A stretch of 64,000 bases of DNA, from IMG/VR virus record IMGVR_UViG_2634166398_000002; one strand, given 5' to 3'. Positions within the stretch are counted from its first letter, which is position 1; each line of letters opens with the position of its first letter. This DNA is from an uncultured virus (IMG/VR IMGVR_UViG_2634166398_000002). Taxonomy: Duplodnaviria; Heunggongvirae; Uroviricota; Caudoviricetes. Shown one piece after another: positions 30,119 to 41,615 of the stretch. The notes under the pieces were generated by a model. It worked only from the letters and a program-made list of their open reading frames with translations. It ran no database searches and had not been told where the DNA came from. The translations under genes and the position numbers were made by a program.

Positions 30119-33100
30119 CTATACCTCAGCTCTTTTGGTTGTTAGACTGATATTCCCTTTCCTATCAACATGATCAATTCTACAGACCGTGTGGCTATAG
30201 ATACTGTTCTTATATACTTTAGGGATAAAGTTATTGCCTCTTCTGAATCCAGTGAACATGAGCAAAGTTCCTCTGGTATACCAAGACTTCTCAACAACCT
30301 CTTTTTTGCCGCCAGTGACAGGTCGAGAAATCTGTTTATTATAATGTCCAAAGCTGCCAGCCCACTGTTTAACTGTAACCACCCCTGTAGGTGTAAGGAG
30401 TGTGATTGTGTGCTTGTTTTTATCCCTGTCTAATACGGTTCCTATAATTCGAGTCGTTTCATATTCATACAGAGTTTTTCCTCGCCATTGATATGGTTTC
30501 CCTTTGATTGGCTCTTCTGGCAACTCATAAAAATCAGCAATATCATACTTAGCAAAGTTAACACCAGAAAGTTCATGATCGTTATAGTAATAACTCAATG
30601 AATCCATCTCCCATTTACCAAGAGATCCATCGGCATACTTAGACCACTCTTTCTTAAGTAAGCAATTGTTAATCTCACTTAAGGCTTCTTCAGTCGATAT
30701 CCAGTCTTTGATTTTGGACATTTTACTGTCATATTCTTTTTTAAACAACCTTTCTGATATAACAAGTTGTCCATTAATCATATCAACGATTCCGCTTTCA
30801 CTGAAATGCTGATTGTAAAAGTCGGAAGACATATCATCTAATAAGAAAAGCCTGTCTTTTGGAGATTTCATTGTCTTGTAAACCTTTTTGCTGATGTATT
30901 CTTTGAAACGGAAGAATCTAATTTCTAAAGCATATTCCTGGGGAACAATATTGTTTTCAATTAACATTTTTAAATTCGATAAAGTTAGTTTAGTTTTAGG
31001 CTCAGATATCAAACTAATAAAGGATTTCATTATTTTTTGTCTATCACCAAAAGAATCAAAACAACCACCTTTTATTAGTTGGATTACCTGTCCTTTTTTA
31101 AGGATGCTACTTCTGAACATTCTTTCGATGAAGTCGTCAAAGTCACTGTATGGCCTATTTGCAATTATTTGATGAACAACATCGTCACCGATTCCATTCA
31201 TTCCTTTTAATCCAAATATAATAGAGTTACTTTCCGTATCTGCTTTAAAACCAAAATTTGCGCTATTGATATCAGGTAAATCAACTTTAATTCCTCTTTT
31301 TCTGATATTCCCTATAGCTGCAGCCACTTTCCCATAGTTTGTGGCGGCTGTTTTTTTGGTGGCCTGATCTTCTTCGCTCTCAATTCCACCACTGTTGACC
31401 GTTAAACAAGCTGTACTCCAATACAATGGGTTGTACTTATAGTTAAGGTTCAATTCTTGAAGAGCAATAATAGAATATGCAAGAGTATGCAGGCTACTGA
31501 ACGAGTATCCGAATTGTCTTTTAAATTGTACTTCCCAGACATATTTTAAAAGGTTTTCAGATGTTCCCAAGCTTCGCCCTTTCTCAAAAAACATTGTCTT
31601 TATTGCATCAATCATTTTTTTGATTTTTTTGGCTATCCCTTTTCTTAGCTTATTAGATTCTTCAATGCTAAACCCAGCAATTTCTTTGTCCATGGATAGC
31701 ATCATAACTGATTCCTGTGTATCTGCGATCCCGTATAGACCTTCTTCTGGTTTATATAGATGTTTTTTAAGTACATCCATTTCTTCTGAACTTAAATTGT
31801 AATTTCTCATTTCTTGATACCAGTGGTCGATGTCTTTTTTAAATCTTACATATGTATCTACAGGCTGTTCTTCCCCTTCTGACATCAGTCTCATTAAAGA
31901 ATTTGTTACGGCTGTTTCCAATAAGTTTTTCGGCTTAACTTTAACAACAGATTGGTTGCCCACTTCTGTATCAAACTGAAACAAATCCATTATTTCTCCT
32001 TCGCCAGCCATTTCCCATATTCTCTTAGAGTTATACTCCAAAGTATCTGGATGCAAATACTTAGTATAAGTTCTTTTTAAAGTTCCTTGGGACTTTATTT
32101 GGTTGTCTTCGATAAGCTGGTCTAAGGCTACTCGAATTTTATCTAATCCCTCAATAGTCAACAGATCATACTTAACAGAACCCATTGCTTCACTGTCGCC
32201 CATATTGAACTGTGTGATATATGCTCCTTTTGGTGTCCTCATCATTGCGTTTGATTTGGTGTATTCATCATTGAATATTAAGACGCCGGCTGCATGAGAA
32301 GATCGTTTGTTAGTTAAACCTTCAATTTTCAGACAGGTTTCTTTCAGATTGGGATATCCCTCGACCTCTCTAATAAATTCCTTAATAGGCTTTCTTCCTA
32401 ATTTTTCATTGCCAAAGAAACAATCGGAGAGAGTCCAGTTAGCTCCCCTTTCAAATGGAATCATTCCACTTAAATATTGAGAGATGTCGTTATCAATTCC
32501 TAAGCCTCTGCAAGCAGTTTGAAGTGCGGATTTAGATTTCTCAGTTCCAAAAGTGCAAATCTGCAGTACTCTTTTTTCTCCAAACTTGTTCCTTAATGCT
32601 TTTAAGATTCTTGGACGCTTAGATCCTTCAGTATCAATATCGATATCCGGCAAATCTGGTCTCGATTTATGTATGTGACGCCAATGAGGAAGGTTGTACT
32701 GCATTGGGTTAATTTGCGTAATATCTAACAAGTAATTTACTAAAAAACCTGCTGCGCTCCCCCTTGCTGCTCCAACTAAGCTGTCTCCTCCACATTCATC
32801 ATCCCAAATTGTATTGATGATTTCCCGGACAGTTACATAATAAGATGACATGGCCTGTTTTAGCTTCTCACTAATTTCCCATAGCTCACCCAATTCTAGA
32901 TCAATCCGTTTTAAAATTGAGTGCAACTCTTTTTTAGACATATCCTTTTTCATTAGCTTTGCCTTAAAACCATCTTCAATTAGCTTTAACAAATACCTGT
33001 CCTGTTCTTCATCAGATTCAGCCATTAATTTTATATATTTATATTTCTCATAAGCCGGCTTGAACAAATGGGATAATTCAAACTCAGGTAAAGCCATTTT

Positions 33101-34048
33101 TGGAATAATTGGTTCGTGCTCAATAGTATAGTCTTCAATCATCTCTCCAATTAGCAATGTGTTTTCAATGGCCTCTTTGATGATCTCTTTGTCCATGTAA
33201 TCCATTCTCTCATGAATTTCATCAACATTCTGAACAAAACATGCCTCATAAAAAGAGTCGACTTCTCTCTCTCCATCCTTGGCGTTTAAAAAGGCTTGAT
33301 GAATTGCCCTGTCTTCCGGTCTAAGAAAGTGTGCATCGGTTGTGACAATCACTTTCAATCCGTAGCCGTTAGCTATATCAACAAGTTTCTTATTACAATA
33401 AATCTGTTCTTCACTTAAAGCTGGCTGAAGCTCAATAAAGAACTTATCTTTCCCAAAGACTTTAATACACCATGTTATAAACTCATGAATTTTTAATTTG
33501 TGCTGCTTGATTGACTGAATGTCTCCGCTTTCTTCGCATTCTTTGATTCTGAGTAAATTGATATTCACCTCAGAGCCAAGACAAGCTGTTGTAGCGATAA
33601 TATGACCTGGATCTTTGCTAAGCAGTTCTTCTACATCCTTTTTAACTGTTGGCACTCTTTCCATTGTTCCTGTGTAAAATGAATTTTCCCAGGCTTGTGA
33701 AGATAGTATTCTTAGCTGCTCGTGTCCTTTAGGGTCAATTGCCAACATTAGAAAGTGCGGAAACTTTGTCTGTCCTGACTTATAGTTATCGCGGACTTCT
33801 TCCAGTGAATCGACTAAATATGCTTCATTCCCCAATATGAGTTTAAAATCTGCAGGCATATCTCCCTTCTTCTTCATTTCTCTGACAGTCTTAATCGCTT
33901 CCAAATGCGCTGAAAGAACCTCATGGTCAGTAATAGCCAATCCTTTATAATTCATCTGAACAGCTGTCTTAAGCAATTCTCCAACTGAGTTTGTTGAATC
34001 GAGTAGTCTTATGTTACTTTTATCAGTGTGGCAGTGACATCCAATCAA
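30119..34048 (-). CDS. yorL: DNA polymerase III alpha (DnaE-type)
   Basis: PHP motifs HCHT and AITDHE; RGSAAG; PDIDID; HAAGV. Confidence 0.95.
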   Translation of the reverse strand: MIGCHCHTDKSNIRLLDSTNSVGELLKTAVQMNYKGLAITDHEVLSAHLEAIKTVREMKKKGDMPADFKLILGNEAYLVDSLEEVRDNYKSGQTKFPHFLMLAIDPKGHEQLRILSSQAWENSFYTGTMERVPTVKKDVEELLSKDPGHIIATTACLGSEVNINLLRIKECEESGDIQSIKQHKLKIHEFITWCIKVFGKDKFFIELQPALSEEQIYCNKKLVDIANGYGLKVIVTTDAHFLRPEDRAIHQAFLNAKDGEREVDSFYEACFVQNVDEIHERMDYMDKEIIKEAIENTLLIGEMIEDYTIEHEPIIPKMALPEFELSHLFKPAYEKYKYIKLMAESDEEQDRYLLKLIEDGFKAKLMKKDMSKKELHSILKRIDLELGELWEISEKLKQAMSSYYVTVREIINTIWDDECGGDSLVGAARGSAAGFLVNYLLDITQINPMQYNLPHWRHIHKSRPDLPDIDIDTEGSKRPRILKALRNKFGEKRVLQICTFGTEKSKSALQTACRGLGIDNDISQYLSGMIPFERGANWTLSDCFFGNEKLGRKPIKEFIREVEGYPNLKETCLKIEGLTNKRSSHAAGVLIFNDEYTKSNAMMRTPKGAYITQFNMGDSEAMGSVKYDLLTIEGLDKIRVALDQLIEDNQIKSQGTLKRTYTKYLHPDTLEYNSKRIWEMAGEGEIMDLFQFDTEVGNQSVVKVKPKNLLETAVTNSLMRLMSEGEEQPVDTYVRFKKDIDHWYQEMRNYNLSSEEMDVLKKHLYKPEEGLYGIADTQESVMMLSMDKEIAGFSIEESNKLRKGIAKKIKKMIDAIKTMFFEKGRSLGTSENLLKYVWEVQFKRQFGYSFSSLHTLAYSIIALQELNLNYKYNPLYWSTACLTVNSGGIESEEDQATKKTAATNYGKVAAAIGNIRKRGIKVDLPDINSANFGFKADTESNSIIFGLKGMNGIGDDVVHQIIANRPYSDFDDFIERMFRSSILKKGQVIQLIKGGCFDSFGDRQKIMKSFISLISEPKTKLTLSNLKMLIENNIVPQEYALEIRFFRFKEYISKKVYKTMKSPKDRLFLLDDMSSDFYNQHFSESGIVDMINGQLVISERLFKKEYDSKMSKIKDWISTEEALSEINNCLLKKEWSKYADGSLGKWEMDSLSYYYNDHELSGVNFAKYDIADFYELPEEPIKGKPYQWRGKTLYEYETTRIIGTVLDRDKNKHTITLLTPTGVVTVKQWAGSFGHYNKQISRPVTGGKKEVVEKSWYTRGTLLMFTGFRRGNNFIPKVYKNSIYSHTVCRIDHVDRKGNISLTTKRAEV

Positions 34049-34060
34049 TTTTCATCCCCC

Positions 34061-35788
34061 TTAAAACACAAGTTCTTTTTTCTTTGTGCGAACCACCTCC
34101 AAGTCATAAATTTCAATTTGAGGTGTTTGTCTGCCCTTATATTCATTTACCTTTGCCTTACCAACAACATTAAGTATTAAAGTTCCATTTGATTGAGTAA
34201 TTTTCTCAAAGTATTCTGTATCACTTTTAAAGCGTATGTATTCAATATCTCCATGTTTAAACTTGACTGTTGTCTTGTTCTTTTTCCCGATGTGTTCAAT
34301 TTGATCAACATCAACTTCTAGTTCTGTTATTGCTACTAATGGTTCTTCGACCTTATAGCCCCAATAATCTTTATAGCTATACAGCTTAATTAAAAATTCC
34401 TTTCTAAGTTGATTAGCCGGTATCTCAAAGTCAACATTTTGAACTTCTTCACCTGTCTCTATATCTTTAAATTTTTCATTTAGAACTTCATTAACCAAAA
34501 TCAAGTTTTCACGCTTGATTGCAAATCCGGCTGCATTTGGATGGCCTTTAACAAATTCAAACAGCCCAGTATCTGTTAGCTCTTTTTTAAAATCTTTGAT
34601 GTAGCCAGTCTCATACCCTCGAATAGACCCGCTCAACATCCCTTCTTCTTCATCGCTTTTTCTAGCCAGCAAAACTGGCTTTTTATATTCACCTGCAAGT
34701 ACGTTTGCTACTAGCCCAGTCAAGCTTTTATCCAAAATTCCCTCAGTGTAGACTATAAGCACTTTATTAGCTACCAAATTCTTTTCTTCAATTCTGTTTT
34801 TAATTTCCACTGTAGCTGCATCAACAATGCGTTTCTGTTTAGCTTTAAGGTTCCCCAAAATCCTGACTGTGTCATCGTGAATTGACACGAGATTGATTTC
34901 ATCTTGTCCACGTTTCTTATATGGAACTTTTTCTTTAGACAACAGAAACGATCTCAACAATTGATCTTTTTCTTCACTGCTACCGACCCTTATAGCTGCG
35001 TTAATTAATGGATTAATAAAGAACTGTGTGTTCTGTATGTTTGTGCAACCCTTGGTTGAAAACTCTTGTTTTTTAAAGAGCTTTTTAATTAATGGATGCT
35101 TAATGTTCCTTAAGCCTTCATTCATAAAGTACCTGGTCTCTAGATTTCTTGAATCAGCTGAATCGGCTATATTACCAATAGAAACAAGATCTAAAAATTG
35201 TTCTGCTTTGGTTTTGCCTAGCTTATAATCAATGGCCTGGCAAAGCTTATATGCCATTCCAGCACCCGATAATGTTTTGTTTGAATACTCAGTCGAGAGC
35301 TGATTGTTGACGACTATAGCGTGTTTAGATTCTCTTTCACATTCATGATGGTCAATAACAATTACATCTACGCCATTCTTTTTTAGCTCCTCATGTTCAT
35401 CAAATTGATCTGATCCAGCATCCGGAATTAAAACTAAGTCGACATCATCAGGAATTGTATCAATGAAAATGCCGTGCTCTTTATCTTCATGAATCCGGTA
35501 TTGTATGTCAGCTTTCGGATAAATTGCTTTTATGTAATTGATAATGATTGAACTGGATGTGTACCCATCTACATCGCTATCCACTTGAACAAATATTTTA
35601 TTTTTATTCTCTAAATGCTTTATTAAACAATCAGATGCTTTATCAATGTTATCGAGTTTTGAAAAATGAATGACTGAGCTCTGGTTCACATCAATAAAGC
35701 TCTTCGGATTTTCAATCCCTCTGTTTTTAAAAATTGTCGATAATGGATTGAAATTATAATCATTGTTGCCAATGAGTTTATAAGCCAC
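34061..35788 (-). CDS. yorK: RecJ-like DHH exonuclease
   Basis: DSDVDG, IDHH, GSIRG and GHPNAAG motifs. Confidence 0.9.
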   Translation of the reverse strand: MAYKLIGNNDYNFNPLSTIFKNRGIENPKSFIDVNQSSVIHFSKLDNIDKASDCLIKHLENKNKIFVQVDSDVDGYTSSSIIINYIKAIYPKADIQYRIHEDKEHGIFIDTIPDDVDLVLIPDAGSDQFDEHEELKKNGVDVIVIDHHECERESKHAIVVNNQLSTEYSNKTLSGAGMAYKLCQAIDYKLGKTKAEQFLDLVSIGNIADSADSRNLETRYFMNEGLRNIKHPLIKKLFKKQEFSTKGCTNIQNTQFFINPLINAAIRVGSSEEKDQLLRSFLLSKEKVPYKKRGQDEINLVSIHDDTVRILGNLKAKQKRIVDAATVEIKNRIEEKNLVANKVLIVYTEGILDKSLTGLVANVLAGEYKKPVLLARKSDEEEGMLSGSIRGYETGYIKDFKKELTDTGLFEFVKGHPNAAGFAIKRENLILVNEVLNEKFKDIETGEEVQNVDFEIPANQLRKEFLIKLYSYKDYWGYKVEEPLVAITELEVDVDQIEHIGKKNKTTVKFKHGDIEYIRFKSDTEYFEKITQSNGTLILNVVGKAKVNEYKGRQTPQIEIYDLEVVRTKKKELVF

Positions 35789-36924
35789 TAAACCCCTCCT
35801 TCATTCGTATTGATTTCTATTTTTCTTCTCATCAACTCCTCTAAAACGTCTTTTCCCTTATCAGCTGGACTGTCTTTATAATCCAGCATGTTTTCAAAAT
35901 CCCATAAAACATACACACGAACATACGGCGTAAATTTTGCTGCAAGCTTCAAGATTTTTTTCTGATACTCTAGCAGTTTACGTTGATACATCTCCTCTGT
36001 CTCATGCTCTTTCGGTGGTCTATATTTATCTAAAGCAATAAACACTTCTTCCACTCCAAGAGAAAGTAAGATATCACGGTGAAAATTTGAAATGTTGTTT
36101 GAACAGACTGCACATGTGAAATTTGCTTCTTCATAAAAATCCTGGCATTTTAACACAGACTTTTCCGATTCAAAAATTAAAGCTTTTTTAAACCTTTCAA
36201 TAGAATCTTTTGTTTTATGTAATCCATATAAATTCATCATGGTCTGATGATTATACAGGGTATTCCCAACTTTTAAAGGCATATATTTATAGCCGGCATC
36301 AACTTCCTCTTTAATAAGAGATCGTCTACGTATGCCAATCAATCTATTATTTAAATCTCGATGTGGAATGGTTATACCTTCTGTGTAGCTTCTAAAATAG
36401 TAGCCAATTTCAAAGTCATTTAATGTTTGCATGCTTATCCCCTCGTCTAACCACATTTGATGAGGATAAGGCATAAATACATCTAAAACAGTCTCATTGA
36501 AGCTGGGAAGTTCAATGGCTATCTTTTTCTTCTTATTGAACTTCCCCATCCATTCCCAGTCATCAATTAAATCATTATTCGTGAATGTCTCTCTATTACC
36601 GAAACCAAATGTTCTCCCAGCCAGCCTTGCAACATACTCAATGGCTTGATTGAAAGGCATATTGATCCCTTTTTGACTTTTTGCTCGTATAACAAGTTCA
36701 AAGACATCGAATGTATCTCCACATTCTGTATAGCAATGAAATTGCTTTGCTTCGTGATAATAATACAGCTTGTAGCTTCCCCCAGAAGCGTTATGGCAAA
36801 CGGTTCTGTATATTGGGTTCCCTTGTTGATCCCATTGATTATTTTCGCTACCCAATTCTTTTAATATCTTATGTATATCCTCAAGCGTAAGGCTTTCTTT
36901 TATTCTGTCCTTGTCATATTTCAA
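35788..36924 (-). CDS. yorJ: DNA primase
   Basis: Zinc-binding CH...CYTEC; TOPRIM FESEKS...ALD. Confidence 0.8.
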   Translation of the reverse strand: MKYDKDRIKESLTLEDIHKILKELGSENNQWDQQGNPIYRTVCHNASGGSYKLYYYHEAKQFHCYTECGDTFDVFELVIRAKSQKGINMPFNQAIEYVARLAGRTFGFGNRETFTNNDLIDDWEWMGKFNKKKKIAIELPSFNETVLDVFMPYPHQMWLDEGISMQTLNDFEIGYYFRSYTEGITIPHRDLNNRLIGIRRRSLIKEEVDAGYKYMPLKVGNTLYNHQTMMNLYGLHKTKDSIERFKKALIFESEKSVLKCQDFYEEANFTCAVCSNNISNFHRDILLSLGVEEVFIALDKYRPPKEHETEEMYQRKLLEYQKKILKLAAKFTPYVRVYVLWDFENMLDYKDSPADKGKDVLEELMRRKIEINTNEGGV

Positions 36925-36939
36925 AGGGTGCTACACCCC

Positions 36940-38457
36940 TTATCCTGCTTTAATATTCAATTTTTCAACTGTGATTAATTCGTTATCAATATTTGTTGTG
37001 AAACAATCTTCCGTTCTCATGATATCCATGTTTATGTATGTAAAAATCTTCAGCTTATCATGTTTATTCCCACGATTCTTAAATACATGGACAACAAAGT
37101 TAGGCATCTTGTATCCAAAGCCATTCTTCATTATGTCTGAAGCAGCTTCCTTCTCTTTTTTGCTTAATGGAAGAATAATCATCGCTACGTCAGTTTTATC
37201 TGCAATAGCCTTACTTCCCCTTAAATAATTAGCATCAATTTGTAGACCTTTTAGCCAAGCGTCCTTCCATTCACCGTTCAGCTGCGTTGCACTCATCATA
37301 AAAACATCATATTTATTACATAAAGCCTTTAACTTATCGGCCATAAGCAATAAAATTTGGTCTTCTCTTAAGCTTATTCCACTGTTTCTGCTCATTTCTG
37401 AAAAAATGGTTACAGAGGAATGGATATAATCAAAATAAATATACCCGACATTGTATTTTCTAACGTTCTTCTCAATAGTCTCTTCTATTTCTTTGATATT
37501 GAAATCCGGCAAATGTTCAAACCAAATAGGTGATTCCTCTAATATATCTGCCGCCTTTCTAATTCTTTCTTCTTCAGACTTTGTAGCGGAATTTCGAAGT
37601 ATTTTCTCTTCTGGTACACCTGAGATATATGCTATTGCTATACTTTGCAGTTCCTCAGGTACCATTTCCGTTGAAATTACAGATGCGTTCTCTCTAAAAA
37701 GGTTATCTTCCCATTGTTTTTCTTTGATATTGTAAATTTGGGTAGCGCCTAAGAAGCAGGCATCTGCAACCATGTTTCTTGTCTTACCTCCTCCAGTGGT
37801 ACCCGATCTCAAATAGAACTTTTTCCTTCGAGATCCCCTAAAAATCGAAGTTTGAATTTCACTGTTCAAAGGTACTCCAATATCTGGTGAGAGCTTTAAC
37901 CTATCTAAAAACTGATGAACACCCTCTCCAGCCTGAATACCCTTGCTTTGACTGTTTGTTTTGAATTTATCTTTTACTTCAATAATCTTCATTTCGTAAT
38001 GTGAAAGTATTTCTTCTATTGACTTCTTATCAAAACGTTCCTGCATAGCCTCTTGCTCTCTAGGATCAATTATTGTATGATCGTATATCTCTCTAACGTC
38101 AAACCCTAGTCCATGCATTTCCCTGATTAAACTAAACTTTTTTAAACGGTTATAATAAAACTCAAAGTTTTCGACTTCGGCCAAATTCTGTATTGTATGA
38201 ATATAATTTATACCGTCATTGTCATTGAAAACTTTATACTGAATTCCATAGTTTTTTAGATATCCATCAATCTCCACTTCATTTATAACCTCTGTGCCTT
38301 GATTAAATAAGTTACACATTGCAGCAAAGAGAATTGAATGAAATCTTTCGGGAAAGTCGGCCTTTGATAGGTTGTATCCGTTACTTTCAGATAAGAGCGA
38401 GGGTTCCTTTAATATGCTCCCCAACACTTGTATAATTGCTTTTTTGTCTTGTAGCAA
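36940..38457 (-). CDS. yorI: Replicative DnaB-like helicase
   Basis: GTTGGGKT, STEM, FDYIH, ATQLN and KNR motifs. Confidence 0.88.
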   Translation of the reverse strand: MLQDKKAIIQVLGSILKEPSLLSESNGYNLSKADFPERFHSILFAAMCNLFNQGTEVINEVEIDGYLKNYGIQYKVFNDNDGINYIHTIQNLAEVENFEFYYNRLKKFSLIREMHGLGFDVREIYDHTIIDPREQEAMQERFDKKSIEEILSHYEMKIIEVKDKFKTNSQSKGIQAGEGVHQFLDRLKLSPDIGVPLNSEIQTSIFRGSRRKKFYLRSGTTGGGKTRNMVADACFLGATQIYNIKEKQWEDNLFRENASVISTEMVPEELQSIAIAYISGVPEEKILRNSATKSEEERIRKAADILEESPIWFEHLPDFNIKEIEETIEKNVRKYNVGYIYFDYIHSSVTIFSEMSRNSGISLREDQILLLMADKLKALCNKYDVFMMSATQLNGEWKDAWLKGLQIDANYLRGSKAIADKTDVAMIILPLSKKEKEAASDIMKNGFGYKMPNFVVHVFKNRGNKHDKLKIFTYINMDIMRTEDCFTTNIDNELITVEKLNIKAG

Positions 38458-38471
38458 ATGGACTCTCCTTC

Positions 38472-38942
38472 CTATAATGTTGAGATGTCAAGAAGTCCCC
38501 TTTTCTCTGGCAATCCCTTTTTTATAATTAACGTGATTTCTTCTCTTTTGTGATTTTTAGGGTCTTCAGCTGATTTTTGGATTGCCTTTTGTTTAATGTA
38601 ATGTCGCTTGGCCTCGTCATATACAAAAGGGACGATTCCAATGCCGTCACCTTCTCTTGGATGATTCTCCAGTGTTTCATAAAAGTACTTAAGCGCAAGC
38701 TCAATTCCTTTTAGCTTATAACCATAATCCTCTTGAAACTCTTTGATTTGTTTTAACATCATACCGGTCGGAGATGAAAGACCATATAAATTGCATATAT
38801 ATTGAAGTAATTCTTTTCGATGGTCTGCCTCTTGTCTCCACGTGTTGAAGCACTGTTCATGGTAGTATCTTTTTTTATAAGGAATCGCTAAATCCTTATC
38901 TAATTTAGTCTCACAATATGGACATTTGACTTGTCTTCCCAA
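38472..38942 (-). CDS. yorH: Zinc-finger replication protein
   Basis: CPYC...HEQC; synteny. Confidence 0.7.
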   Translation of the reverse strand: MGRQVKCPYCETKLDKDLAIPYKKRYYHEQCFNTWRQEADHRKELLQYICNLYGLSSPTGMMLKQIKEFQEDYGYKLKGIELALKYFYETLENHPREGDGIGIVPFVYDEAKRHYIKQKAIQKSAEDPKNHKREEITLIIKKGLPEKRGLLDISTL

Positions 38943-38983
38943 ATAATCACCCCTAATAAGGAGGAGGGAATAATCCCCCCAGT

Positions 38984-39955
38984 TTATTTAGATAGAAGAT
39001 CTTTTAGGTCATCCAAGATTACAGACATGACGTTTACTTGTTTGCGGCTGCATTCAGTCACTTTAACTCCCTTGCCTAAATGCTTCTCTGTAATCTCATT
39101 AACCTCTTCCAATCGTCCCTCTCCATTGAGCTTAATTCCAACTTCTTTGATTTGCTCCATCAAAGAGTCATAATCAAGCTCCTCTGAAGCATTGTTTTGT
39201 TTTTGCTCTTCATATGTAACAGCAACAATACCTTCTGCTTCTTCCTGTCTTTCAACTGCCTCGATAATTGCCTTCTCCAGGTTCTCTGCAGTGAATTCAG
39301 GAAGGTATGTGTCAATGTAATCGAATCGGCTTCGAGCGAAATACTCATCTGTTTCAGCCAGCCAGGCGCTTGATTTAATAACCTTTCCATCTTCATCAAC
39401 TCCATTAGAAGTTAGATAGAGGACAATATCACTGTTATCAAGTACTGGAGCTAAAACTCGCTTATCTCCTTTCGGTTGTACCTTCCCTTTTTTGTCTTCT
39501 GCAGCATGAGCAATAAAAATAACGGTAAATCCGACACTGATTAGTTTGTTAATTTCTTCCCATACTTCAGTTTCATACTCTTTCCAAAGTCCATAACCGT
39601 CATTTCCGTCTTTAATCCGTTCAACATCATATTGTTCACAAACATATCTTGTTGCATATTTAGCGAATGCGTCTACTTCATCAACAATGATTGACTGATA
39701 CCTTTCTTTGGCCTTTTCAGCATTTTTGTTTAACTGCTTGTTTACCTTTTTAAAATCAGCCCAACTATTGACAGGCATGAATGGAACACCAGCAATAGCA
39801 TTCAATCCTTTTTCGAATGGGAGATATAAGGGTTTTTTCATTCTTGTGCTCTGTTTTGTCTTACCTAGATTATTCGGCCCATAGACTGTTATAACTTTTC
39901 CTTCTGTTCCTTTTGCTACTACAGAAATTTGAGGGTTGAAAATATCGATTGCCAT
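38984..39955 (-). CDS. yorG: AAA ATPase (Sak4-like)
   Basis: GPNNLGKT; IVDEVD; IAH. Confidence 0.8.
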   Translation of the reverse strand: MAIDIFNPQISVVAKGTEGKVITVYGPNNLGKTKQSTRMKKPLYLPFEKGLNAIAGVPFMPVNSWADFKKVNKQLNKNAEKAKERYQSIIVDEVDAFAKYATRYVCEQYDVERIKDGNDGYGLWKEYETEVWEEINKLISVGFTVIFIAHAAEDKKGKVQPKGDKRVLAPVLDNSDIVLYLTSNGVDEDGKVIKSSAWLAETDEYFARSRFDYIDTYLPEFTAENLEKAIIEAVERQEEAEGIVAVTYEEQKQNNASEELDYDSLMEQIKEVGIKLNGEGRLEEVNEITEKHLGKGVKVTECSRKQVNVMSVILDDLKDLLSK

Positions 39956-40045
39956 TTAAGCTCTCCTTTATTTTTGAATTTGATGGGTGAGTCAAAGCCC
40001 ACCCCAGTTATGTATTTTTTAGTTTAGTTATTTTATTTTTATCCT

Positions 40046-40960
40046 TTAAAAAGGTAGGTCATCATCTGAAATTTCAACCGGCTTTGAAGGCTTGTTATTA
40101 GGAGCACTTCCGCCAAACCCAGACTTTTTATTATTCTCATTGCCACCTTCATTCTTAAGCTCATCTAGGTAAATCTCTCTTTCAGTCAGCGCTTTTTTAA
40201 TTGCATCTGCCTTAAAAGCATTTTTGCTATCCTCGTCATATGGATCATTGCCACCTGTAATTAGGTACTCTCTTTTCGAATTAGTAGTGATTTCTTTCTT
40301 GTCTTCGCCAAATGCTGCTGTTTTGGTCGTTACTTTTTGCTCTTTAAAGTTAATAATCTTTCCAAAAACATTAACCGTAGACCCTTTTTCATAATTATTT
40401 TCAACGTATTGAGACCCTTTTTTTGTGACTACAAATTCAAACGGAATTACTTTCCCACCATATAAAGGAATATAACCATTTAAATTAACTCTTCCCGTTT
40501 CTTCACCTTTTACTTTTTCTTCAGTTACATTCTTTACAAACAGCTCAACATCAAATTCTGCTCTTGGATTGAATTCTTCATTGGCGTCCAGTCTATTTAC
40601 AAAGTTAGTCGTTAACTGTGGATACGCCTTTAAAATCCCTTGTGAGTAATATTCATTTAACCCAATCTTTCCTTGGGTAATTCTCACTTTGTCAGCCTCA
40701 TCTCTCCCATGTTCTGCAATGGACTTATATTCATTGATAATGGTTTGATAACCTTTTGCAATAGCATTATCTGTGCCATCAGCTTTCTTATATTTTGAAA
40801 AGCCTTTTACTGTATGCACTTCATTTGGTGCAACCTCAATATCTAGTTCAATATTTAGCCCTTTACCACTTTTCCACTCAGTGTGTTTTACCTCAGCAAG
40901 TGTCCCCTCAATAGTTACAACATTTGATGCTTCACGTAATACTGTTTTATTTTCTGCCAT
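40046..40960 (-). CDS. yorF: Single-stranded DNA-binding-like protein
   Basis: Start at MAENKTV; acidic tail ISDDDLPF. Confidence 0.75.
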   Translation of the reverse strand: MAENKTVLREASNVVTIEGTLAEVKHTEWKSGKGLNIELDIEVAPNEVHTVKGFSKYKKADGTDNAIAKGYQTIINEYKSIAEHGRDEADKVRITQGKIGLNEYYSQGILKAYPQLTTNFVNRLDANEEFNPRAEFDVELFVKNVTEEKVKGEETGRVNLNGYIPLYGGKVIPFEFVVTKKGSQYVENNYEKGSTVNVFGKIINFKEQKVTTKTAAFGEDKKEITTNSKREYLITGGNDPYDEDSKNAFKADAIKKALTEREIYLDELKNEGGNENNKKSGFGGSAPNNKPSKPVEISDDDLPF

Positions 40961-40982
40961 GTAAATAATCAACCTCTTTCTT

Positions 40983-41363
40983 TTAATTATTAATTTTATT
41001 TTTACTCTTAAAATGCCTATAATGAGGCTTGCTACTAAACTTACAATCCTTAATACCAAGTAGCTTGTTTAATTCTATGTATCTCTTTTTTGGAAAGTCC
41101 CAAGGTTCAGGATCACCTTTTACATTTTCAATCCTTATTACTGTTCCATGTCGAATTGTGATCTTTAAGTTTCCATATGAGTATGTTTTAGAAAAAAGAC
41201 CTCTTTTAATTCCTCTTGGTTTAAATTCCTTTACCAACATCACATTCCTGGTTAACTTTCTTCTTGCTTGGTCTTCGTCAATGTCGTAATTCCTTTTGAC
41301 ATCATTTTTGTAGGTATGTAAGGCTTCCGCAGATACTTTCAGTATCTTTAATTCCTTCTTCAT
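40983..41363 (-). CDS. yorE: Phage protein, first gene of the replication operon
   Basis: Synteny; AAAGGAGG RBS. Confidence 0.6.
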   Translation of the reverse strand: MKKELKILKVSAEALHTYKNDVKRNYDIDEDQARRKLTRNVMLVKEFKPRGIKRGLFSKTYSYGNLKITIRHGTVIRIENVKGDPEPWDFPKKRYIELNKLLGIKDCKFSSKPHYRHFKSKNKINN

Positions 41364-41396
41364 CTCTTTCCTCCTTTCTCTCTTTGGGATAACTTA

Positions 41397-41446
41397 ATCT
41401 TACATCATCAAAACGAAACGGTCAACAACTATTTTATTTTTATTCT
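41397..41446 (-). promoter_or_regulatory. SigA-type promoter of the replication operon with upstream repeat element
   Basis: AGAATAAAAATAAAATAGTT then TTGACC-17-TAAGAT. Confidence 0.7.
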
Positions 41447-41575
41447 AGAAAATAATAAACAGTTCTTGTGATGAGTGTCTTTATCAATTGCAGTACAGGC
41501 TGCTTCTGAAGATTGATCTTCTTGTTTCCGCCCCCAATAGTGCGTGTAATTTTATAAAATGATATTGAGAGTTAA

Positions 41576-41600
41576 GAAGCGCCTAAGTAAAGGCGCTTCT
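41576..41600. terminator. Intrinsic terminator-like hairpin
   Basis: GAAGCGCCT-aagtaa-AGGCGCTTC. Confidence 0.65.
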
Positions 41601-41615
41601 GTATAACAAACTATT

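Noticed and set aside
40961..41059. N-terminal extension of yorF in the ORF track
   Set aside because: Overlaps yorE; the RBS AAAGAGG precedes ATG 40960
41447..41575. Non-coding gap as sRNA or small ORF
   Set aside because: No convincing start codon or recognisable RNA structure
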